Source of the DNA: Ignavibacteria bacterium
GTDB taxonomy: Bacteria > Bacteroidota > Ignavibacteria > SZUA-365
Direction of reading: 5' to 3'
Assembly (NCBI GenBank): GCA_016720835.1
Contig: JADKJW010000009.1
Coordinates: forward strand, 99,496-163,495
Length of the DNA stretch: 64,000 nt
Positions 24,896 through 34,800 of the stretch are shown here, in pieces; position 1 is the stretch's first letter, and every line of letters begins with the position of its first letter. The translations under genes were made by a program, and so were the position numbers. Below the pieces are notes generated by a model. The model did not search any database. It saw only the letters and a program-made list of their open reading frames with translations, and was not told where the DNA came from.

Positions 24896-27780
24896 TGCCC
24901 TGCCACCCGCGCGCGCGCAACGCGTCCTTCCCTCCCGTGCCGTTCGTCTGCGCGATGCTGCTGCTGCTTGCCTTCGCGCTTCCCGCGTCCGCCCAGAAGG
25001 GGTCGATCAGCGGCGTGGTGAAGGACAAGAAGAGCGGCGAGACGCTGATCGGCGTCAACCTCCTCGTGAAGGGCACCTACTATGGCGCGGCCAGCAACGT
25101 GGACGGCAGGTACACGATCCGCGACATGAATCCCGGCCAGTACACGCTGGAAATCTCGCTGCTCGGCTACAAGAAAGTGCAGCAGACCGGCGTCACGGTG
25201 ACCGCGGGCAAGGCGACCGTGCTCAATTTCGATCTGGAAGAAACCATGCTCTCGCTGAGCGAGGAGGTCGTCATCATCGGCGAGCGGCCTCTGCTCGACA
25301 TCGAGCAGACCTCGAGTTCGCGCACCGTGACCGCGGACGACATCGCCGTCGCGGTGATCGAGAACGTGCGCGACGTCGTGGCGCAGCAGACCGGCGTCGT
25401 GCAGGCGGACAACGAAATCCACATCCGCGGCGGGCGTTCGCACGAGAACGCGTTTCTCGTCGACGGTGTCTCGGTGCAGGATCCCCTCGCGGGGACCGGT
25501 TTCGGCCTGCAGCTCAGCGCCGCGTCCATCGAGGAAGTGGAAGTGATGACGGGCGGTTTCAACGCGGAGTTCGGACAGGCCACGTCGGGCGTGGTGAACG
25601 TCACGACCAAGGAGGCCGGCGACCGCTACACCCTGCATCTCGGATACAAACGCGACGATTTCGGATTCAACTCCGACGCGCGATCGAACTGGAACACCGA
25701 TATCCGCGAGGCATCGGTCAGCGGTCCGGAGCCCGTCACCGCGTCGCTGCTGCCCGCGCTCGGCGTGCGCATTCCGGGAAGGATTTCGCTGTTCGGCAAC
25801 TTCTACTCGAGCATCAGCGACGCCTTCACGCGCCTCACCCCGGTGGTGATCGGCGGGCGCGAGACCGGCGAGTACCGGGAAGTCAGCGCGACGCAACTGT
25901 ACTCGTCCACCTTCGGCGGCACGCGCTTCGCGCCGCGGCAGGACAACAACTGGTTCTGGCTCGGCAAGATCACCTGGGCGCTCACGCCCACGATGAAGCT
26001 GCGCTATTCGTTCAACCAGTCGGTGTCGATCAATCAGAATTCGCAGTCGCTGCAGACCAATCTCGAGTACGTGGAGCCGAGTCCGGGGTACCAGTACGAG
26101 TTCCAGAACATCCTCGACGGCGCAAACACGTACACGCACAACAACCTCTTTCACACGCTGAGCTGGACGCATTCGGTCAACACCACGTCGTTCTACGAAC
26201 TCAAGCTGAGCCGCTTCTTCACGAACCTGCGCGCCGACGCCAACGGCAGGGACTGGCGCGACTACACTGAACCGAAGGATCTGGTGCGTTTCCCCGTGGA
26301 GTACTACAACACGGGCCGCGACACGATCGGCGTCATTCCGGGCGACGGTTTCTGGGACACCGGCAACGGCTTCACCTGGCACGATCACTATGTGCTCGAG
26401 TACACGCTGAAGGGCGACTTCACGAGCAACCTGTCGGAAAAGAGCACCTTCAAGACCGGCTTCGACGCGACGTTCGGCGAGATGCAGGTGGTGGACATCT
26501 ACAAGCCGTGGATCGGCGATCTCGGGCTGAACAACGACATCTACAAGGTGCACCCGGCCTACGGCGCCTTCTACGCGCAGGACAACATCAACTTCAGCGG
26601 GATGATCCTCAATCTGGGCGCGCGCATCGACTGGTGGATGCCCGGAAAATACGTGGACGACGCCGTCGCCAACCCCGAGGTCGTGACCATTCCCCAGGAG
26701 GTCCGCGACGCGTACATGGACGACACCTTCGGTTTGTTTGGAAGGCGGTTCAAGGCGCGGATCAGTCCGCGTCTCGGCATCTCGCACCCGGTATCGGACA
26801 ATCAGACCCTTTTCTTCAGTTACGGGCATTTCACGAAGCGGCCGCGGCCGCAGTTCGTGTACGCGAAGCTGAATCCCGTCAGCGCGAAGTCCACCTTCCA
26901 GAAATTCGGCAACCCCAACCTGAATCCCGAGACCACGGTGGCCTACGAACTCGGGCTGCGCAACCAGTTCACCGAGAACGATGTATTCACGCTGACCGCG
27001 TACTACAAGGATATTTTCGACTACGTGAGCACGCGTTCGGCGAAGATCACGAGTTCGCGCTTTTCGGGCGGCAGCTTCGTCACCTACGTGAACCAGGACT
27101 ACGCGCGCACGCGCGGCATCGAGGCCGAGTACAAGAAGCGCATCGGGCGCTTCTTCAACGGCGGCACCTCCTTCTCGTACGCGCTCGCGACGGGCAAGAG
27201 TTCCTCGGCCGACGCCGGGGCGCTGGTGCAGCGTGGCGATCTCGAGGAATCGATCAAGGAGGACGCGCTCGTGTGGGACCGGCCGATGCAGGCGTCCGCC
27301 TGGGCGAGTTTCGCCGTGCCGCGCGACGGCGGGGTGTTCGGCTTCGGCGCGGGCGTGCTCGACGATTTCAATTTCTACGTGCGGGCCTTCTTTCAGTCCG
27401 GCAAGCGCTACACGCCGCAGCTGCTGATCGGCAGCGATCCCGCGACCGGCCGGCCCCTGTACGCGCTGGACCGTTCGCGCCTGAACGGCGCCATCGGCGA
27501 GAACTGGTTCTGGATCGATCTGAATTTCGAGAAGCATGTGCGCGTCGCAGGCGCCGATTGTGCCATCACGATCGAAGTGACCAACCTGCTCGACGGACGG
27601 AATTCCACCATCATCAATCCCGTCACGGGAAAGGCCTACGAGTATGGCGATCCCACGCCGTCGGGTTACAACGATCCGCTCTATCCCGACCTGCAGGCGC
27701 CGATCTCGCCGTATCCCTACAATCCCGCGCGTTTCCTCGCGCCCCGGAACATCCGGGCCGGACTGGCGGTGACGCTATGA
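24892..27780 (+). CDS. TonB-dependent receptor with N-terminal CarboxypepD_reg domain
   Basis: ATGA overlap with the upstream stop. Signal ...LLLLAFALPASAQ. GSISGVVKDKKSGETLIGVNLLVKG...NVDGRYTIRDMNPGQYTLEISLLGYK (CarboxypepD_reg). Plug region ...EVEVMTGGFNAEFGQATSGVVNVTTK. About 700 aa of beta-barrel follow. Confidence 0.85.
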   Translation: MMPCHPRARNASFPPVPFVCAMLLLLAFALPASAQKGSISGVVKDKKSGETLIGVNLLVKGTYYGAASNVDGRYTIRDMNPGQYTLEISLLGYKKVQQTGVTVTAGKATVLNFDLEETMLSLSEEVVIIGERPLLDIEQTSSSRTVTADDIAVAVIENVRDVVAQQTGVVQADNEIHIRGGRSHENAFLVDGVSVQDPLAGTGFGLQLSAASIEEVEVMTGGFNAEFGQATSGVVNVTTKEAGDRYTLHLGYKRDDFGFNSDARSNWNTDIREASVSGPEPVTASLLPALGVRIPGRISLFGNFYSSISDAFTRLTPVVIGGRETGEYREVSATQLYSSTFGGTRFAPRQDNNWFWLGKITWALTPTMKLRYSFNQSVSINQNSQSLQTNLEYVEPSPGYQYEFQNILDGANTYTHNNLFHTLSWTHSVNTTSFYELKLSRFFTNLRADANGRDWRDYTEPKDLVRFPVEYYNTGRDTIGVIPGDGFWDTGNGFTWHDHYVLEYTLKGDFTSNLSEKSTFKTGFDATFGEMQVVDIYKPWIGDLGLNNDIYKVHPAYGAFYAQDNINFSGMILNLGARIDWWMPGKYVDDAVANPEVVTIPQEVRDAYMDDTFGLFGRRFKARISPRLGISHPVSDNQTLFFSYGHFTKRPRPQFVYAKLNPVSAKSTFQKFGNPNLNPETTVAYELGLRNQFTENDVFTLTAYYKDIFDYVSTRSAKITSSRFSGGSFVTYVNQDYARTRGIEAEYKKRIGRFFNGGTSFSYALATGKSSSADAGALVQRGDLEESIKEDALVWDRPMQASAWASFAVPRDGGVFGFGAGVLDDFNFYVRAFFQSGKRYTPQLLIGSDPATGRPLYALDRSRLNGAIGENWFWIDLNFEKHVRVAGADCAITIEVTNLLDGRNSTIINPVTGKAYEYGDPTPSGYNDPLYPDLQAPISPYPYNPARFLAPRNIRAGLAVTL

Positions 27781-28925
27781 TCGGGGCGCGCATCATCCCA
27801 GTCGCCGGCGCCGCCACACCCCGCGGCGTACGGAAATGCGGCGCACAGCCGTGCCGCGACGGCGCACAGCCGTGCCGCGACGGCGGACAGAGTAGTGGCC
27901 ATAGCGGCGCACGGCCGTGCGCCGTTACGACGGATCGTATACGGGCGGCGGTCATCGGATGGTGCGTCGTGATGCTGTTCGGTACGTGGATGCCGGCGCA
28001 GGCGCAGTTGTTTCCGCTGCTGGGCGGGCAGCGCGCGGGCATCTCGTCGCTGCAGTTCCTGAAGATCGGCGCGGGCGCGCGCGCCTCCGGCATGGCCGAC
28101 GCCTTCGTGGCCGTGGCCGACGACGCCACCGCGCTCATGCACAATCCGGCGGGGCTCATGCAGTTTCAGGAGAATCAGGTCCATTTTTCGCATACCACCT
28201 GGCTGGTCGATCTCCAGCACGAGTTCGCGGGCGCGGTGTATCGCTTCTCGCGCGCGGATGCCGTCGGCGTGTCCTTCACCGCCCTGCACACCGCCGACAT
28301 GGAGGTGACCACCGAGACGCAGCCCTTCGGCACCGGACGGTACTTCTCCTACGGCGACCTGGCGCTCGGTCTCACGTACGCGCGCGCGCTGACCGCGCAG
28401 TTCTCCTTCGGCGCGACGGTGCGCTACGTGGAGGAAACCATCGACGTGCTGAAAACCCGCGCCGTGCTGCTCGACCTCGGCACCTTCTACCGCACGGGGC
28501 TCGGCTCGACGCGCTTCTCGGTGACCGTGACGAACTTCGGCGGCAACGTGCGGCCCGAGGGCACGGCGACCCGCGCGGGACAGGCCCCCGTGTCGAGCTT
28601 CCAGGAGTTCTCGCCGCCGACGCTGTTCAAGATCGGCTTCGCCTTTGAGCCGTATCAGGACGACCAGCACCGCGTCACGACGGCCGTACAGCTCAACCAC
28701 CCCAACGACAACAGCGAGAACCTCGCGCTCGGGGCCGAGTACGCGTGGAACGGCATCTTCTCCGTGCGCGCGGGGTACAAGTTCAACGTCGACGAGGAAG
28801 GCCTCACCGTCGGCGCGGGCCTCGAGGCGCCCGTCGGCATCGGCAGGGCGCGCTTCGACTACGCGTATGCCGCCTTCGAGCATCTCAACGCCGTGCACCG
28901 TATTTCGATCACTCTCGGATTCTGA
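27777..28925 (+). CDS. PorV/PorQ-like (UPF0164-type) outer-membrane beta-barrel protein; start uncertain
   Basis: LQFLKIGAGARASGMADAFVAVADDATALMHNPAGL is the hallmark N-terminal strand of the PorV/PorQ family. The signal peptide RIRAAVIGWCVVMLFGTWMPAQAQ begins about 58 codons after the only canonical in-frame start (27777). Confidence 0.65.
   Translation: MIGARIIPVAGAATPRGVRKCGAQPCRDGAQPCRDGGQSSGHSGARPCAVTTDRIRAAVIGWCVVMLFGTWMPAQAQLFPLLGGQRAGISSLQFLKIGAGARASGMADAFVAVADDATALMHNPAGLMQFQENQVHFSHTTWLVDLQHEFAGAVYRFSRADAVGVSFTALHTADMEVTTETQPFGTGRYFSYGDLALGLTYARALTAQFSFGATVRYVEETIDVLKTRAVLLDLGTFYRTGLGSTRFSVTVTNFGGNVRPEGTATRAGQAPVSSFQEFSPPTLFKIGFAFEPYQDDQHRVTTAVQLNHPNDNSENLALGAEYAWNGIFSVRAGYKFNVDEEGLTVGAGLEAPVGIGRARFDYAYAAFEHLNAVHRISITLGF
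27841..27882 (+). repeat. Perfect 21-bp tandem duplication
   Basis: gcgcacagccgtgccgcgacg occurs twice head-to-tail (27841-27861 and 27862-27882). A degenerate third copy lies around 27906. Confidence 0.95.
27906..27923. repeat. Perfect 18-bp palindrome
   Basis: GGCGCACGGCCGTGCGCC equals its own reverse complement. Confidence 0.9.
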
Positions 28926-28927
28926 CC

Positions 28928-30001
28928 ATGCGCATGAGACGATACAGCGTTCTCCTCGTCGTCGCGTCGATGCTCGCGCTCGCGCAGGGCTGCGGCGACA
29001 AGTTCGACACATCGGCCCTCGGCGCGCCGGACAAGAGCGGCGGCTTCGGCGACACCGTCTACGTGCTGCAGCAGCCGATCTGGAACGGATTCTCGCATCC
29101 CACGGACATCCACATCGGCTACGAGCCGTTCGTGTACGTGGCCGAGGCGACCGCGAACCGCATCGCCATGCTCGATCTCGCGGGCGGGCTGGTCGGATAC
29201 TCCCGCGCGATCAGGAATCCCGTCGCCATCGCGCAGGACCACCGCCTGAACCTGATCGTCTGCGGCGAGTTCGACACCACCATTTCCGGCACGGCGGCGA
29301 CGTTCGGCGCCGTCTTCAAGATCGATCTCGTCGGCGCGGGACACAGCATCGCGCAGGCCCGCGTGACGCGCGTGTACTTCGATCCGCTCAACGCGTCGCG
29401 GCGCTACACCGGCGCGGCCGTGCTCGCGGACAACAGCTACTACGTCACGCGCACCGGGCCGAACAACAGCAGCATCCTCGATCCCGACGACGCGGTGCTG
29501 CTCTTCGACAAGAGCGACCAGCTCAGACCTCGGGTCGAATGGCCGTCGCTGAGCGTGGACGGCACCGGCCTGACGACCATGACGGAGCCCTCCTCCATCG
29601 CCACCTTCCTCAAGCCCTCCACCGATTTCCTCTTCACGCAGCGGGGCGCCAAGTCGCTCTTCCGCGCGCAGTGGATCACGCAGCGCACCACGGGCGACGT
29701 GACGCAGTGGGAGTCGTACTACACGCCCGCGCGCGACGGCGCCATCAGCTTCCTGCGCGTCGGCCTCTTCAAGCGGCCCGAGGACGTCACCGTCGACAAC
29801 GCCGGCAACATCTTCGTCATCGACGCCGAAACCGACAGCCTCTACAAGTTCAACTCCTCCGGCTTCATCGCGCAGGCCTTCGGCGGCCCGGGCGTCATGC
29901 TCCACCCCGAAGGCGTCGCCTTCTTCGACAAAACCCTCTACATTGCCGACACGGGAAACAACCGCATCTTGCGCTACGTGCTTTCGACAGACATCAAGTA
30001 G
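28928..30001 (+). CDS. NHL-repeat beta-propeller lipoprotein
   Basis: Leader MRMRRYSVLLVVASMLALAQGC|GD (lipobox). Repeated ...VYVAEATANRIAMLD..., ...NIFVIDAETDSLYKFNSSG... and PEGVAFFDKTLYIADTGNNRILRY are NHL-type blades. The start lies 2 nt after the upstream stop. Confidence 0.7.
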   Translation: MRMRRYSVLLVVASMLALAQGCGDKFDTSALGAPDKSGGFGDTVYVLQQPIWNGFSHPTDIHIGYEPFVYVAEATANRIAMLDLAGGLVGYSRAIRNPVAIAQDHRLNLIVCGEFDTTISGTAATFGAVFKIDLVGAGHSIAQARVTRVYFDPLNASRRYTGAAVLADNSYYVTRTGPNNSSILDPDDAVLLFDKSDQLRPRVEWPSLSVDGTGLTTMTEPSSIATFLKPSTDFLFTQRGAKSLFRAQWITQRTTGDVTQWESYYTPARDGAISFLRVGLFKRPEDVTVDNAGNIFVIDAETDSLYKFNSSGFIAQAFGGPGVMLHPEGVAFFDKTLYIADTGNNRILRYVLSTDIK

Positions 30002-30070
30002 ATGATTTCGGATTGCGAATTTCCGATTTCGAATTGAAATCGAAACCAGGGATCATCTCCCATCTTTTTT

Positions 30071-30143
30071 CCCTGTCCCCTTCCCCCTGTCACTTCTAAT
30101 CTGAATCGTTCATACTTCATACTTCATACTTCATCCTTTCCCC
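30071..30143 (-). repeat. Micro-repeat tract T1, purine-rich on the minus strand; includes (catacttc)x3
   Basis: ccctgtccccttccccctgtcacttc, then catacttc repeated three times (30111-30134). The reverse complement resembles the GGTGACAGG / GGAAGG units of the other tracts. Confidence 0.7.
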
Positions 30144-30155
30144 AGGAACGCACCT

Positions 30156-31679
30156 ATGCCCATCATCCTTGACGGCTCCGGCCTCACCATCGAAAAACTC
30201 GTCGCCATCGCCCGCCACCACGAGCCGGTGGAACTGCATCCCGACGCCGTCGCGCGCATCGCGGCCTGCCGCGCCATGCTCGACAGGAAGATCGCGGCGC
30301 ACGAGATCATGTACGGCATCAACACGGGCATCGGGGAGTTCTCCGAGATCGTGCTCACCGACGAGCAGGTGTCGGAATTCCAGAAGTACCTGATCTACAA
30401 CCACGCCGCGGGCATCGGCGATCCCGCGCCCATCGAATACGTGCGCGGCGCCATGGCCGGACGCATCAACGTGCACGCGCACGGCAACTCCGGCTGCCGC
30501 CCCGAAATCACCCAGACGCTCGTCGCATTGCTCAATGCGGGCGTGACGCCGGTCGTCTGCCAGAAGGGCTCCGTGGGCGCCTCGGGCGACCTCGCGCCGA
30601 TGTCGCAGGTGGCGCTGCTGATGATGGGCGAAGGCGAGGCCTGGTACAAGGGCGAACGCCTCCCCTCGCGCGTCGCCATGGAGCGCGCGGGCATCCCGAT
30701 TCCGGGCCTGCAGGCGCGCGACGGTCTCGCGACCATCAACGGTTCGAACCTCCTCACCGCGATGAGCGCGATTCATCTCTACGACATGAATCGCCTTCTC
30801 AAACAGGCGGAGATCGCCTGCGCCATGTCGCTCGAGGCCCTGCTGGCGAACCTGAAGCCCTACGACACGCGCCTGCACGAGATCCGCGGCTTCTCGGGCG
30901 CGGTGCGCTCGGCAAAGGCCATCCGCACCTGCATCGAGGGCAGCGATCTGCAGACCGGCAAGATCAAGACCAAGGTGCAGGACGCGTACTCGATGCGCTC
31001 CACCCCGCAGGTGATCGGCGCGGCGCACGACGCCATCGCCTACGCGCGCGCGCAGGTCGAGATCGAGCTGAACGGCGTCGGCGACAATCCGATCTTTTTG
31101 CCCGAATCCAACCTCACGCTCACCGGCGCGAATTTCCAGGGCACGCCCGTCGCGCTGCCGATGGACATGGCCGGCGCCGCGCTCACCATGGTCTGCGTGC
31201 TCAGCGAGCGCCGCCTGAACCGCCTGCTGAATCCCGCGCTGAGCGTGGGACTCCCGGCCTTCCTCACCAAGGGCGCGGGCATGTTCTCGGGCCTCATGCT
31301 CAGCCAGTACACCGCCGACTCGCTCATCGTGGAGCAGCGCATCCTCTCGGCGCCCGCATCGATACAGTCCATCCCCGCCGCGGCGGACCAGGAGGACTTC
31401 GTCTCCATGGGCATGAACACCGCCATCAAGAACAGGCAGATCATCGAAAACGCCTGCGGCGTGCTCGGCATCGAGTTCATCGCCGCCGCGCAGGCGCTGG
31501 ACTTCCGCGATTTCACACCGGGCGCCGGTTGCCTCGCCGCGAAGAACGTGGTGCGCAAGCATGTGGAGCATCTCGACACCGACAGGCCGCTGTATCCGGA
31601 TCACACCTCGATGATGGAAGTGGTGCGATCGTGCGAGATCCTTGACGCGGTGGAGACCGCTGTGGGTTCGCTGGAATAG
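30156..31679 (+). CDS. hutH: Histidine ammonia-lyase (aromatic amino acid lyase family, MIO cofactor)
   Basis: 507 aa. GSVGASGDLAPMS contains the Ala-Ser-Gly triad that forms MIO. YGINTGIGEF and NHAAGIG also fit the family pattern. Substrate (His versus Tyr/Phe) cannot be fixed from the sequence alone. Confidence 0.75.
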   Translation: MPIILDGSGLTIEKLVAIARHHEPVELHPDAVARIAACRAMLDRKIAAHEIMYGINTGIGEFSEIVLTDEQVSEFQKYLIYNHAAGIGDPAPIEYVRGAMAGRINVHAHGNSGCRPEITQTLVALLNAGVTPVVCQKGSVGASGDLAPMSQVALLMMGEGEAWYKGERLPSRVAMERAGIPIPGLQARDGLATINGSNLLTAMSAIHLYDMNRLLKQAEIACAMSLEALLANLKPYDTRLHEIRGFSGAVRSAKAIRTCIEGSDLQTGKIKTKVQDAYSMRSTPQVIGAAHDAIAYARAQVEIELNGVGDNPIFLPESNLTLTGANFQGTPVALPMDMAGAALTMVCVLSERRLNRLLNPALSVGLPAFLTKGAGMFSGLMLSQYTADSLIVEQRILSAPASIQSIPAAADQEDFVSMGMNTAIKNRQIIENACGVLGIEFIAAAQALDFRDFTPGAGCLAAKNVVRKHVEHLDTDRPLYPDHTSMMEVVRSCEILDAVETAVGSLE

Positions 31680-31851
31680 GAAGCGGACGTTCCAGATGCT
31701 CCCTCTTGCCACGCCGCGGTGGAATACGGAGTCAACCGCAAAGGCGCGGAGGCGCAGAGGAATATGAAGCGGACGTGCTTGGCTCTCCGTCGCGTCTTGC
31801 CGCGGTGGAATACGGAGTCAACCGCAGAGGCGCGGAGGCGCAGAGGAATAT
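31680..31851 (+). repeat. 86-bp tandem direct repeat (2 full units plus the start of a third that is the true gene start)
   Basis: Units at 31680-31765 and 31766-31851. Positions 1-11 and 37-86 are nearly identical (…ccgcggtggaatacggagtcaaccgca[a/g]aggcgcggaggcgcagaggaatat). The third unit begins gaagtggatgt at 31852. Confidence 0.9.
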
Positions 31852-34800
31852 GAAGTGGATGTTCTTGGTGCTCCTGTCCGTCCTGATGCTCGGCGTCCCG
31901 GAGGCGCGTGGGCAGCGGGACGGGAAGGCGTACACCGCAGGGTACCTCGTCGCCGGTCCTGCGCTCAGCGCTGAGGATAATGCCGCGCTGGAGCTGTTTG
32001 AACGTCGCGGAGTCTGGCGACTGAAACCGATTCTGCTCGACACCATGCGCGCCGGATTGCCGAAAGCCGATGTCTACTGGTCACACGTACCGGACTCCGC
32101 GGCGCTGGCACTGTGGGAAAACAATCCACGTCATCTGGATCTGTTGCGCGAGGAATACCTCTCCGGAAAGTCCTTCCTCTTCACCGATCTCGCCGCGCTG
32201 TTCCCGCACCGCATGGGGAGGAACCGGTTACGCCGGAAGTGCAGATGCGGAGATCAAGAGTGACGGGAATTTCGATCGAAAGGGATACCAGGCCTTCCTG
32301 AGAAGGAATGACCTGTTCGAGAGCGATGACGGGGGGCAGTTCGTGTTCAATCCATCTGGCGATTGCGCGGTGCCCGTCGTCGGGTATTTTGCCGACAGAT
32401 GGCCGGAGAAGAGCAGTGTGCTCGCGGTCGAAAAATCCCATGTGACCGTGCACAGCAACAACCGTCTCCTGCTGCTCACACAAGCCTCGCCGGAGTCTCC
32501 CTTCCCGCGTCTCGTGAGCGCGGGAGCGTTCGTGAACTTCACAGGGACGAACGGCGATCAGGTGCGTCTGAAGGACATGTTGGAGCGATTGCTGAGTTTC
32601 GCTGGGCACCGATTGTACGAACACGAACCGAGTACCGGTATATGGATCCGGGACGCCACGGCGGCGCGGGAGGTGCCCTTCAGTGCGGTGCCGCTTCCAC
32701 TGCTCGATGCAATGACGCATCGTGTCGACGGGGATCCCGACCATGCATCACCCCTGCTGACCTGCGATGACTTTCAATCGGAAGTCCCGCGCTCCAGGCG
32801 AGGAATTGCGGAAGAACTGTTCTGTGGTACCTCGGGACCGCCGGAACATGGCAGCGGACTCCGGATCGAGAATCGTACCGCCTCATCTGATTTCTTCGAT
32901 CTCGCTGGAAGTCGCGTCTTGCTGATGGGCAGGGAGCGTGGTGGTATCGATGAACTCTGGTTTCATCCGATCCGGGGGATACGGAACTACCACGCCGGCA
33001 TCCTCTTGCACGGCGCCATACACTGGCTCGACGAATACCCATGCAGCATCACTGTCCGACCTGAGGGGTTCGAACGTCTCTATGACACACCGGCCGGTCT
33101 CGTGCGAGAGCGCCTGACCGTCTCACCCGAGCATCCTACAGCCTGTGCGGAGTATTCGTCTTCTTCCGCCGATTCGCTGCGCGTATTCCTCCGCTTCGAG
33201 TCTGATTTCCGACTGATGTGGCCCTTCGATGCCGGCGCATTGAGAGAGATGCAGTTCTTCCGTCATGCCCCTTCCGCGACAGTACACGTGCGCAACAGGC
33301 CCCATGCGAAATGGAAGACGGATAGATTCGTGTCGCCTCGTCCGGACTATTGGGAACCACCGATGGGAAGCGATTACGCCCTGTTGTTCAGCGCAGACCG
33401 CAGAGCGGAGCGGAGCGTGTGCGGAATGTTCGGCGCCATGTCCTGGCGGAACGACGGCATCATCACGGAACCGGATACCGCGAATGTCGTGTCCTATGGG
33501 GGCGTGTATACACTGCGCCAAGGGGGACACGACACGTTGCGTGTCACCGTCACGGCTGGTGAAACAGATATGCTTTCCGGCTGGCTTGCGCTGCCGCCCA
33601 TTTTGGAACCGTCACGCATGGTTGACGAGGCCGCGGCGCACGCGAGGCGCTTGCTCGAGACATCTCTCGTCATCGACTCCCCGGACTCCGCCTTCAATGC
33701 GCTCACCCGCTGGGCATTGGTCGGCACGGAGAGATTTCGGACAAGAACGTACGATGACGGTCCCGCACTCACCGCGGGCATTGGCACGACGGCACGCGGC
33801 TGGGACGGCGGGCACAGGGTCAGCGGGCGGCCGGGCTACGCGTGGTGGTTCGGGCGCGACGCCGCGTGGGCTTCGCTGGCGGTGAGCGGATACGGCGACT
33901 TTCCGCTCGTGCAGGCGCAGCTCAGGTTCTTCTCGAGACATCAGGATCCTTTCAGCGGAAAAATCCTGCACGAACTCTCCACCAGCGACGTCGTGCATTA
34001 CGATGCCGCCGACGCCACTCCGCTGTACATCATCCTCGCCGCGCAGTATCTGCGTGCGAGCCGCGACAGCGCCACCATCCGCGATCTGTGGCCTTCGATC
34101 GTGAGGGCGTACGAATTCATGCAGTCGACCGACACCGACGGCGACGGGTTGATCGAGAACACCGACGTCGGGCACGGCTGGGTGGAAGGAGGCGCACTTG
34201 CCGGCATGCACACCGAGTTCTATCTCGCCGGTCTGCAGGCCCGCGCCCTGCGCGACATGCAGACCATCTGCAATGCGATGCGGACAAGGCGGAATGCAGA
34301 CGCGCGCAAGGCCGAAGCGGTCCTGCAGGACGTCAACAAGGAACTCAGCCACCCGGCGATCGCGAAACTCTTCCACAGCTTCTGGAACGATTCGACGAAA
34401 TATTTCCGCCACGGTCTGCGCAAGGACGGCGGCTGGCATGACGAGCCCACGGTTCTCGCCACGGTGCCCGTGCTGTTGCTCGCCGACGATCCCCTGTTCA
34501 CCGAAACCGCGCCCGACCTTGCCGTCGCGCTTCGGCGGCTCGCGGGCAACGAATTCACCGCGGACTGGGGCGCGCGCATCATCAGCGAGAAGTCGCCGCT
34601 CTTCAATCCGAGCGGCTATCACGAAGGCAGCGTCTGGCCGCTGTTCACGGGCTGGGCCGCCGCGGCCGAGTACGCCACCGGCCGCTCGGTGCAGGCCTTC
34701 ACGCATGTCATGCAGACGGCGCTGATCAAGAATTCCTGGGCGAAGGGCTTTGTCGAGGAAGTCATGAACGGCGCCGTGTACGAGCCGTCCGGCGTCTGCG

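Noticed and set aside
30001-30060. Possible terminator hairpin after the NHL gene (TTTCGA…TCGAAA and TCGGA…TCCGA pairs).
   Set aside because: The stems are only 5-6 bp and AT-rich, with large loops and no clean U-run. This is not enough to call.
33061-33080. GGTTCGAAC string resembling a tRNA T-loop.
   Set aside because: It lies inside the glycosidase coding frame, and no acceptor or anticodon stem can be drawn around it. No tRNA was found anywhere in the window.
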